From: a virus
DNA: 64,000 bases
Direction: 5' to 3' (one strand)
Virus record (IMG/VR): IMGVR_UViG_3300031566_000020
Location: 818 to 64,817 of that record
The notes below the pieces were generated by a model. The model was not told the DNA's origin and searched no databases. It saw only the letters and a program-made list of their open reading frames with translations. The position numbers were made by a program, and so were the translations under genes. Every line of letters starts with the position of its first letter. Within the stretch, counting starts at the first letter, position 1. This document shows positions 55,798-64,000 of the stretch, one piece after another.

Positions 55798-57519
55798 TTA
55801 TTTGTCTTTTTTCAACACGACTGTTGATGATTCCCTATCCTCTAATTTTTGTTTTCGGATAGAAGCCATTACTTCTTTAAAACTGTCTGTTTTTACTTCT
55901 GCACCTGTATCTAAATTTTCTTCAGCTTTTTCTTCCTCAACTTCAGCTTTAACTTCTTCTTTAGTTTCTGGAATCTTTGCCTGAAGTTCATCTTTTTCCT
56001 TCTTTACTTTTGCTAATTCAACTTTTACCTCATTTAGATAATCTTCATCAGAAAAGTCTTTAGCATATTCATTGTCTTTTAATTCCTCTTTACGAGTAGC
56101 AACGATTTCTGCATCTGCTTTTGCTTTTACAGCTTGAGCAACTTTTTCTTCATTAAGATAATCCTCATCAGTAAAGTCAGCAACAAACTCATTGTCTTTC
56201 AACTCAACTTTAAGTTGTCCGATTTTTTCAGCGTTAGCCCTGACTTCTTCAATTTCAGAATCTTTAGCTTGTAAAGTGTTCTGAAGTTCTTCGATTTTTG
56301 CTTTCAGCTCGGTGTTTTCTTCTTTAAGAACTTCTAGTTCAGACTTCTCGACTTCTTCTGCCTTTTCTTCAGTTTCTTCAGCCTTTTCCTCTGTTTCTTC
56401 TTCGGCTGTTTCTTCTGTTTCTTCGGCTTTTTCTTCGGTTTCTTTAGCTTCTTCTTCAGCCTTCTCTTCGGCTTTAGGTTCGGCTAATTCTTCACGAATT
56501 TTTGCTACTATTGAATCATCGAGTAAATCCTCATCAGAAATGTCCTTAACAGCATCACCAAGTTCAGCACGAATTTCTTCGATTTTGGCTAATTGTTCTT
56601 CTGTCACTTGACTATTTCCTCCTTGTTCGGATTTATCATTGTTCTCACCTTTTAATACATCTCTATATTTATCTAACTCCTGTTTTGCTTTTGCTTGTAA
56701 TTCTTCAGCAGTTATAGAATCAGAAATAGGTTTAATCTGATTTACAACTTCTAAAGCATAACGGTATTGAGTTAAGTCAATCTTTCCTTCCATATCTTTA
56801 AAGGGAAGATGTCTTGCTTTTTTATCTTCAACTTCGCTTTTAAGATAAGAAGGCTCAATAACTGCAAAAGAGGAATTAGGCAAAGAATTGATATAGGTTG
56901 TTTGCCATTTTCCAGCTTCCAAAATCTTGTTGCAATTTTCTTCAATCTGTGAAGCAAATACAACTTTATTTTCTGATAATCTAGCCTTAATAAGATTAGC
57001 ATACTCATAAGTTTTGGCTTTTGGATAAGCTGGTGCATGAGTGATTAACATTCCTACACCTTGGAAATCAACTTCATGTAACCTGATAGTACCGTCAGCT
57101 AATTGTTCCTGTCTTTCAGTTTCAGCTAACAGCTCAAAAGAAACACTTAATGTTCCAGCGTCAAGTGCTTCTAATGCCATTGCATATTCATCTTTATAGA
57201 TGTTTTTTGCAAAAGAGTAAACAATTTCAATTTCTTCTTGGTCATTTACCCAAGCATCTAATATAATACCAACAATCCATCCGTAACCAAAATGTTCAAG
57301 GTTTACCTGTGAACCTATTAATCCTTGAATACCAGTTTCAACTGCTTGTCTTGCCAAACGAATACCATTTAAATTGGCTACTTCGATTGGAGCATAAACA
57401 GACTGAAATAGGGCTGTATGAGTTGAAGGTAAAATAATTCCGACTTTCTGTGCAACTTCTTGAATGCGATTGGTTTCTTGTGCAACAGAAGTTGTTTTTG
57501 CATACATTTTTAATTTCAT
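55798..57519 (-). CDS. prohead protease + DUF6582-like domain + acidic scaffold fusion
   Basis: QVNLEH, LSVSFE, VDFQGVGML protease-like motifs; YINSLPNSSFAVIE...RHLPFKD; Glu/Lys-rich coiled tail. Confidence 0.7.
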   Translation of the reverse strand: MKLKMYAKTTSVAQETNRIQEVAQKVGIILPSTHTALFQSVYAPIEVANLNGIRLARQAVETGIQGLIGSQVNLEHFGYGWIVGIILDAWVNDQEEIEIVYSFAKNIYKDEYAMALEALDAGTLSVSFELLAETERQEQLADGTIRLHEVDFQGVGMLITHAPAYPKAKTYEYANLIKARLSENKVVFASQIEENCNKILEAGKWQTTYINSLPNSSFAVIEPSYLKSEVEDKKARHLPFKDMEGKIDLTQYRYALEVVNQIKPISDSITAEELQAKAKQELDKYRDVLKGENNDKSEQGGNSQVTEEQLAKIEEIRAELGDAVKDISDEDLLDDSIVAKIREELAEPKAEEKAEEEAKETEEKAEETEETAEEETEEKAEETEEKAEEVEKSELEVLKEENTELKAKIEELQNTLQAKDSEIEEVRANAEKIGQLKVELKDNEFVADFTDEDYLNEEKVAQAVKAKADAEIVATRKEELKDNEYAKDFSDEDYLNEVKVELAKVKKEKDELQAKIPETKEEVKAEVEEEKAEENLDTGAEVKTDSFKEVMASIRKQKLEDRESSTVVLKKDK

Positions 57520-57521
57520 AA

Positions 57522-58106
57522 TTAATCTCCTAAGTCAAGAATATCTAATGCTTCAAGAATATTTAAAATATCCTTTTTTCCTACTATTATTGAATCGTCT
57601 TTTATCTGAATTGATTTCTTTCCAGCGATTAATGTTTTTTCTTCGTTGAAAAGAAGTTTTGTTCCTTTTATTGTATCTTTAAAAGAATCAAAGATTAACT
57701 TTTTTCCTTTAATCTCCGCTTCTTCTGAAATGTTAAACTTTCTAAAGGCAACAACATCAACTTCTTCATGTACTAAATAATTAACCAATCCTCTTAAAAG
57801 GATAACATCTTCTGTTGAAAAAAGCTTTTTACCTATCGTTGAAAATGCTTCTTTTGTCTGTACTGCTTTAATGCCTTCTAAGAGATACTCATTTTCACTT
57901 AAAAATAATAAAATACCTACTAATGAAAAAACTTGTTTATATTCTAAAAGCTTGTAGCCACGAAGTTTAAAAAGTTGGTCTTTTAATCTTCTGCGTCTTA
58001 CTCTTCTTTGTCTTTCAGAATAAACATTAACTGTTGCTGGAGTAGCCTGTTCAAAAACTAAAACTGAATTAAATTTTCCGGAATTAAAACCAAATGAGTT
58101 AAACAT
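57522..58106 (-). CDS. 14-residue periodic repeat protein
   Basis: Gly every 14 residues over ten positions (one is Ala). Confidence 0.7.
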   Translation of the reverse strand: MFNSFGFNSGKFNSVLVFEQATPATVNVYSERQRRVRRRRLKDQLFKLRGYKLLEYKQVFSLVGILLFLSENEYLLEGIKAVQTKEAFSTIGKKLFSTEDVILLRGLVNYLVHEEVDVVAFRKFNISEEAEIKGKKLIFDSFKDTIKGTKLLFNEEKTLIAGKKSIQIKDDSIIVGKKDILNILEALDILDLGD

Positions 58107-58115
58107 TTAAATCCT

Positions 58116-60212
58116 TTATGAAATTATGTAACATTGGCTGTGTGGAAATCCGGTAATCAATTCATAGTAACCAGCCGGGTTGTATTCTGTTCCATCTCCA
58201 CCATTATAAATATCAAGAATCTGTTGTTCAGTTAAAGCTGTTTTGTAGTATCGGAAGTCGTCGATTTTGCCTTGGAAATAATAATATCTTGTTGAGTTGT
58301 TGAAATATAAATCTCCTATTTCCATATTATCGACACCACTTACTCCTGCAATCCAGAGTGTTGGGTCAGTATCATTTTTAAGAGTGGAATATGCTGTGTT
58401 ATCAATATATAAAACAGGACTTGTTCCATTCTGTACTAAAACTAGATGATGCCAATTAGCTACAGATGCCGATATATTAGTGATAGACCATTTGGTAGCT
58501 CCAGCAGATGCATGCGAGATGCTTATTTGTTCGTTATCGTTGTTGTATCTTATCCCAAACCAAGAGTCAGCATTTGTGTCTGCAAAACTCCATAGAAAAG
58601 TATTGTCGCTTGAGACATCCTCGGCATAGAACCAGAAAGATACAGAACCAGAAGTATCTGAAGAGACATCTGTAAAAAGATTCGCTAGACTAACATACTC
58701 ATTCATTCCATTGAACTCAAATGCAGAATTAATTTTACCAGCAACGGACAAATTGCTAGTATTCGTAGAGGCTGTTCCATTATTCGCCCCATACCCATCA
58801 TCCGTTACTGTAGTGTTTCCAGCATCATCATTGCATTTAAAATGAGCATAAGCATCAGTTTCTGTTCCAGTTCCTTCATAGTAGATATTAGCTACTTCTG
58901 TAGGAGATAAAGCTGTTTTGTAATATCGGAAATCGTCAATTTTTCCTGGGAAAAAGAATTGATTACCGCCATTGTTATAATTTGAACATCCTATACGTCC
59001 ATTATCTATTCCACTTAAACCAGCAAACCATAATGTTGTATTAATTTCTTTATTCCATTCTCCTGATGATGTAACATCAACACCATTTAAATAAAATTTT
59101 GGTCGGATACCATCTTGAACTATTGCAAAATGATACCAAGTAGTAGATTCTATTACAGATGTTAATATCCATACCCATGTATTTGTGCTACTTATTCTAT
59201 AAAAAATTTTTATTTCTGAATTAGAATCAGTATAATCAGTAGAAACTATAAAATTATCTGTACCAGCATTCGTATCTCCTAAAGCAAAAATATGCGTATC
59301 TTCATCAGTAATATCATCTTTATTAAACCAAAAAACAATGCTTCCTATTGTGTCACTTGCTATATCAGTTTGCAAAGCATCAACATTTATATATTCATCA
59401 GCCCCATTAAACTCAAATCCACCAAAGCTTACTCCATTATTTGTTACGGTGTGTCCGGTATTTCCACTATCCGTTTCATCACCATCCATATGAAGAAGTA
59501 ACTTTGTATTTGCATCAGATGTATGGGCTGATGTTGGTACTGTTATTGTGTCTGTTTTTCCGCTATTAGGAGAAGCATTAAATGGGTTACCATTATATAC
59601 TCTAAATTCATCCATTGCTCCATTATGAGGATATGTTGTTCCTATTGTGGTTGCCCCTATTAAGAAATTTCCAGTAAATGAATCGTTAGCTAACATTGTT
59701 TGATATGTTACTTGGTTACCATCAACATAAAACCCAATTTCATTATCAATAAAAACCATAGCAACATGTCGCCAAATCCCATCAGCAAGGAGTACATCGT
59801 TATCAGAATCAGGAGTAGTGATGCTTGAACCACCTGATTTTATAGCAATAGATATATTAGCATTTCCTGTTCCACCTATTACAACATAATATCTATTATT
59901 AACATCTTCATAATGTGTAAAAGGAGAAATATGACTTGGAAAACTATCTATTCTTATCCAAAAATCTACTGTCCATTCACCAGTATCACTTCCAAATATA
60001 TCCCAATCGGCTGAATCTGGAACAGTTAAATGTGTTTCCTCACCATTAAACTTTCCACCGCCTGAAAAATAACCATTAACAGGAACTTTACCAGCACCAG
60101 CTAACGTATCTGCATCTCCAGAAGCAGTTCCGTTATTTCCACCACTACCATAATCTGTTACTGTAGTGCTTTCAGCATTTTCATTTAATTTATAGTGAGC
60201 ATAAGCTCCCAT
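58116..60212 (-). CDS. triple LamG-domain virion protein (head region)
   Basis: AHYKLNE; WTVDFW...MDEFRVY; IVFWF...IDDFRYY; AHFKCND...VSFWF...IDDFRYY. Confidence 0.82.
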   Translation of the reverse strand: MGAYAHYKLNENAESTTVTDYGSGGNNGTASGDADTLAGAGKVPVNGYFSGGGKFNGEETHLTVPDSADWDIFGSDTGEWTVDFWIRIDSFPSHISPFTHYEDVNNRYYVVIGGTGNANISIAIKSGGSSITTPDSDNDVLLADGIWRHVAMVFIDNEIGFYVDGNQVTYQTMLANDSFTGNFLIGATTIGTTYPHNGAMDEFRVYNGNPFNASPNSGKTDTITVPTSAHTSDANTKLLLHMDGDETDSGNTGHTVTNNGVSFGGFEFNGADEYINVDALQTDIASDTIGSIVFWFNKDDITDEDTHIFALGDTNAGTDNFIVSTDYTDSNSEIKIFYRISSTNTWVWILTSVIESTTWYHFAIVQDGIRPKFYLNGVDVTSSGEWNKEINTTLWFAGLSGIDNGRIGCSNYNNGGNQFFFPGKIDDFRYYKTALSPTEVANIYYEGTGTETDAYAHFKCNDDAGNTTVTDDGYGANNGTASTNTSNLSVAGKINSAFEFNGMNEYVSLANLFTDVSSDTSGSVSFWFYAEDVSSDNTFLWSFADTNADSWFGIRYNNDNEQISISHASAGATKWSITNISASVANWHHLVLVQNGTSPVLYIDNTAYSTLKNDTDPTLWIAGVSGVDNMEIGDLYFNNSTRYYYFQGKIDDFRYYKTALTEQQILDIYNGGDGTEYNPAGYYELITGFPHSQCYIIS

Positions 60213-60213
60213 A

Positions 60214-63200
60214 TTATGACCTCGTTACTTCTAAAATAATTGTTACACGTTGAATTGTTGTTACAGAATCAACATTAAATCTTAAAATATCATCCTCTGA
60301 AATAGCAGTTGTCCAACCTGTTAAAGTTGAATCTTGTGATTTTGTAGCAGTTGTGATTGTAGGCGGTGTTGCACCAGAACCTATAATTGAATCAGCATCA
60401 GTAGCCGGATAATTTGCGTATGTATCTTTCCAAATATCAACAACGATACTTCCTGATTGGTCAGCTAAAAGAGTTACCTTTGTAATTGTTCCACCAAAAG
60501 GAACTAATAAATCACCAGCAACACCTGTAGAAATTTCAGAACCACCACCGTCAATAACGAAAGAAACACTAGATTTTTGTAAGCTTGTTACATCTGTTTC
60601 AATTGCATCTAAAGCTTCCTGTACAGTTACTCCGGAATCATCTGTGTTGATATTGTTTGCATCTGTAGTGTCTACGTTTTCAACATTACTCAAGCCAACT
60701 TGTGTTTTTGTAACAGTATGTGGGTTGCTCACATCATCTATGTGGTCTTGAACCGTTACACCAGATTCATCAGTATCAATATTACTTGCAATCGTTGTAT
60801 CAACATTCTCTACATTACCAAGACCAACATCTGAAGCGGTTAATGCATCAACTGTATCATCTACATATTTCTTTGTTGCTGGTTCATAATCTCCATTAGG
60901 AGTAAAGGCATCAGTGTTCTCTTTATAAAGATAACGAACATCCCCTCTTGTATTGTTATGATATTGAGTATGGTCATCATCAGAAAGACCAGATAAATTT
61001 CCATGGTCTGTAGCTAATACTGGTGTAAATACCGTATCAAATGCAGACTGAATTAATACAGGAGTTGCAACATTTTGTTTAATAATAATTCTTCCAATTA
61101 AAATACCATTTTTTGAAATATGTGCTGGTAAAAGAGTAGGTGGTGCTTCTGCTTCAGCACTACTAGAAGAAGCATATGTATTTTGAGGATAGATGAGAGC
61201 AATTTCTTGACTATCTGCTTCTGCATAAATCCAAATATTCGCATATTGATTATTATCTATATTCTGTAATGTCGCTAAAGAAGTATCGTTCCATTGTAAA
61301 ACAGAAAATTGGGTGACACCACTATCTTGCCATGTTCCAGCTACTCCATTATACCAGTAATATTCTACTGTATCTCCTGATGTTGATGTATCAACTGCTG
61401 GAATATCATATTCATTGAATAAACTCCACAATTTACCTTTGGTTACTGCAATGGTTTGTCCACCGGGAGCAGAAATAGCTAATCCACCATATTCTTTATC
61501 TCTATATACATGACCTTCAGCTTTCAACCGTTCCAAGATGTTTGTTATAGCATCGCCAGTTTTCCAAGGATTATTTAAAATATGTAAAACATCTTCTTCA
61601 TTAACAACCGTTGCTAAAGGAAAATCAGTATCATAATCCCATTCATAACTATCTGATTTTACAACAACCTGTGAACCACCAGCATCATCATATTCAATAC
61701 CTACATAACGTGTAGTATTTATATCAATTTCTATGTTAGTTTCTGCGTCAAAATCGAAGAAAAGAATTTCTGCGACATCATCATCTGTTACTTTTATCCA
61801 ACCAGTACCAGCAGATACATCAACTTGTCCAGAACCACTATCTGTGACTACTCCACCAGAAATAAGTCCTACAGAAAATCCTAAATTAATAGCATCTTGT
61901 ACAGATGTATAAGTTGGTGTTCCTAATTGTGCTAGTTCTACATTATCAGCGTCAGTTGTATCAACATTCTGAACATTACCTAATCCCACTTGTGTAGCTG
62001 TTACAGAATGTGGATTGTTTGTTAAATCCTTGTGAGCTATTGCATTGTCATAAGATGTTTTCTGAATTGTAATGTTATCTTCGATAACAACCCCTGTTGA
62101 TGATGTATAATGAAATGTATTTCCCCAAGGAGTTCCATCATAAACAACTCTACCACCACGACTTGTAACACATCCATAAGTTAATCCTGCATGTGCAGTA
62201 ATAGACTTAGCATAAATAAGAGCATTATAATCGGCTTGAATGCCAAAGGTACTATTAGATAAATAAATAGTATCTAAAACAGCATTACTTCTATAAACTT
62301 CAAAGTGATAATCACCTGATGCGGTATATACATCTTCATAAAACACATAATCACAATCATGAATTCTGCTTTTTCCGAGAAGTGTATTGTTAATGCCATT
62401 TCCACTGATTATAATAGGAACTTTAAAATTAAATATATCAATTGAATCTGAACTAAAATTGCCTGTACCAACATTAATCTTAAATGTAGTTTGTTCGCCA
62501 TCGGCAAACTTTTTTATTTGAGATAAAGTATGGCTGACAGTTGCCCAAGGACTTCCAACAGAACCATCACCTGTTGTATCATTTCCTGTAGTTTCTACAT
62601 AATAATTGATTGTTCCATCGCCAACATATGCTTTAGGAATTTCAGTTACTGCGATTTCATTTACTCCACCATAATCAAGATATTGGTCAGTATTTTGCGT
62701 ATGTGCTGTTCCCTGTAATGTTGATACATCACTCTCAACAGCATCTAGGGCTTCCTGAACATTGACACCTGAATCGTCTGTGTCAATGTTATTAGCGTCA
62801 GTGGTGTCTACATTCTGCACGTTGCCAAGTCCTACATCGGATGCGTCTACGCTGTGTGGATTACTAACATTATCAATGTGGTCTTGTACATTTTCACCTG
62901 ATGTATCAGTAGTTACTTGGTCTGCGGTTACAGAATGTGGATTGCTTGTGTTTGTTAAATGGGCTACAAGACTATCATATTCAGCTTCTGATAAAGTTAA
63001 TTTATCAAATACTAAACCAGAAGTGAGAGTTCCATCATTATTTGCAAAAGATGAATTATCGTGTACTAAAATACTACCTCTATCAACCTTATATCGTTTA
63101 AAAACTGGTGATGCACTATCAGAAATTGAACAATAATAAACATATGATAAATAATCAGCATAAATACCTATGGATGAACCACCACCGCCTAATTTTAGAC

Positions 63201-63999
63201 TATTAAAATATCCCTTACTTCTTTCAAGATAAATAGGAGCAAAGCTATTTGTAACTTCACAATCAAATAAATAAACTATATTACAATCATAAAGTTTAAC
63301 TCGCCCATTAATAAGAGTATTACTTTCACCAGCTCCTAATAAATATACTGCACATTTAAAATCGTAAAGAGATACTGTTTCGGTGAATGTTCCAGACCCT
63401 ATATTTATTTGAATGAACGATTCGTTATTTTTGGCGATTTTTGGACAAATACTTAATGCATGTGATATAGTTGCAAATGGATTTCCAACAGAACCATCTC
63501 CTGTGGTATCATTTCCTGTTGTTTCTACATAATACTCTATATAAGTAGAAAGAGCTTTTGGTATTTCTGTAACTGCTATCTCATTAACACCACCATAATC
63601 TAAATATTGGTCAGTGTTTTGCGTGTGTTGGTCTGTTTCGATTGCGTCCAACGCTTCTTGTACAGTTACTCCTGAATCATCCGTATCAATGTTGTTTGCA
63701 TCCGTAGTATCTACATTCTCTACATTACCAAGACCGACTTGAGTTTTTGTAACTGAATGCGGATTAGCTACAGAATCAATATGTGTTCTAGCTTCTAAAG
63801 CAGTAACATCATTTGCTCCACCAGATTCTCCATCAGATAATTTTTCGGCTGAATCTACAACTCCATTATTATCAGTATCATAAACTGCTTTTTCCATATC
63901 AGAAGCATCAATTGTAGCTAAATCTTCTTCTATAGAATTTAATGCATCTTGAACAGTTACACCGCTATCTTCTGTATTGATTTCAGATGCTTCCGGCAT
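60214..63999 (-). CDS. large repeat-rich virion fibre protein (5' end probably outside the window)
   Basis: Repeated NPHSVTxxQVGLGNVENVDTTDAxNIDTDDSGVTVQEALDAIE; duplicated YYVETTGNDTTGDGSVGxP beta-helix blocks; DDDHTQY motif. Confidence 0.8.
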   Translation of the reverse strand: MPEASEINTEDSGVTVQDALNSIEEDLATIDASDMEKAVYDTDNNGVVDSAEKLSDGESGGANDVTALEARTHIDSVANPHSVTKTQVGLGNVENVDTTDANNIDTDDSGVTVQEALDAIETDQHTQNTDQYLDYGGVNEIAVTEIPKALSTYIEYYVETTGNDTTGDGSVGNPFATISHALSICPKIAKNNESFIQINIGSGTFTETVSLYDFKCAVYLLGAGESNTLINGRVKLYDCNIVYLFDCEVTNSFAPIYLERSKGYFNSLKLGGGGSSIGIYADYLSYVYYCSISDSASPVFKRYKVDRGSILVHDNSSFANNDGTLTSGLVFDKLTLSEAEYDSLVAHLTNTSNPHSVTADQVTTDTSGENVQDHIDNVSNPHSVDASDVGLGNVQNVDTTDANNIDTDDSGVNVQEALDAVESDVSTLQGTAHTQNTDQYLDYGGVNEIAVTEIPKAYVGDGTINYYVETTGNDTTGDGSVGSPWATVSHTLSQIKKFADGEQTTFKINVGTGNFSSDSIDIFNFKVPIIISGNGINNTLLGKSRIHDCDYVFYEDVYTASGDYHFEVYRSNAVLDTIYLSNSTFGIQADYNALIYAKSITAHAGLTYGCVTSRGGRVVYDGTPWGNTFHYTSSTGVVIEDNITIQKTSYDNAIAHKDLTNNPHSVTATQVGLGNVQNVDTTDADNVELAQLGTPTYTSVQDAINLGFSVGLISGGVVTDSGSGQVDVSAGTGWIKVTDDDVAEILFFDFDAETNIEIDINTTRYVGIEYDDAGGSQVVVKSDSYEWDYDTDFPLATVVNEEDVLHILNNPWKTGDAITNILERLKAEGHVYRDKEYGGLAISAPGGQTIAVTKGKLWSLFNEYDIPAVDTSTSGDTVEYYWYNGVAGTWQDSGVTQFSVLQWNDTSLATLQNIDNNQYANIWIYAEADSQEIALIYPQNTYASSSSAEAEAPPTLLPAHISKNGILIGRIIIKQNVATPVLIQSAFDTVFTPVLATDHGNLSGLSDDDHTQYHNNTRGDVRYLYKENTDAFTPNGDYEPATKKYVDDTVDALTASDVGLGNVENVDTTIASNIDTDESGVTVQDHIDDVSNPHTVTKTQVGLSNVENVDTTDANNINTDDSGVTVQEALDAIETDVTSLQKSSVSFVIDGGGSEISTGVAGDLLVPFGGTITKVTLLADQSGSIVVDIWKDTYANYPATDADSIIGSGATPPTITTATKSQDSTLTGWTTAISEDDILRFNVDSVTTIQRVTIILEVTRS

Positions 64000-64000
64000 T

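Noticed and set aside
1340-63136. Numerous 60-127 aa antisense or alternate-frame ORFs in the track (e.g. 5408-5779, 21513-21830, 44104-44424, 49439-49822, 56312-56611, 62762-63136)
   Set aside because: They lie opposite well-supported genes and are Ser/Phe-rich mirror translations without RBS or motifs.
1-64000. Genome-wide TAG reassignment (genetic code 15)
   Set aside because: Only one internal TAG was found (20404). Long genes (polB, primase, TMP, 898-aa GT) are intact in code 11, and TAG appears to be a normal stop at 1601, 25808, 26126, 26275 and 27434.
35083-64000. Diversity-generating retroelement targeting LamG/fibre genes
   Set aside because: No reverse transcriptase, and no TR/VR pair with adenine-specific mismatches was noticed; the duplicated blocks are in-frame protein repeats.
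1-64000. Prophage or host chromosomal origin for the host-like genes
   Set aside because: M42, MgtC, YjbQ, M50 and the glycan genes are interleaved and often translationally coupled with phage genes, with similar AT-rich composition. No integrase, rRNA or ribosomal-protein genes are present.

Overview
A 64-kb, AT-rich segment of a large tailed dsDNA bacteriophage genome, siphovirus-like (tail tube and tape measure, no sheath seen). The host cannot be determined here, but sigma70-type promoters and AGGAG RBSs indicate a bacterium. The + strand (1-35.1 kb) holds early/replication genes: two nucleoside 2-deoxyribosyltransferase-like proteins, a dATP/dGTP diphosphohydrolase, 5'-3' exonuclease, ZnF-PrimPol-helicase, RuvC-like and PD-(D/E)XK nucleases, RecA, family B polymerase, and an SbcCD/Mre11-Rad50 complex whose ATPase is split into separate genes. 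It also holds host-type accessory genes (M42, trypsin and M50 proteases, MgtC, YjbQ, PnuC-like, uridine-kinase-like, amidoligase) and a ~9-kb glycan/polyol-phosphate/sulfation cluster. The - strand (35.1-64 kb) holds the virion module: tail, tape measure, neck, major capsid, protease-scaffold, three LamG proteins and a long repeat protein cut by the window edge. Best leads: (1) the LicD/CTP-transferase/SDR/GT12-like/sulfotransferase cluster; (2) a repeat-delimited mini-cassette array inside the sbcCD locus that carries a non-canonical tRNA-like element; (3) a tripartite SbcC with a lone in-frame TAG. All family assignments come from motif recognition by eye; no database search was run.
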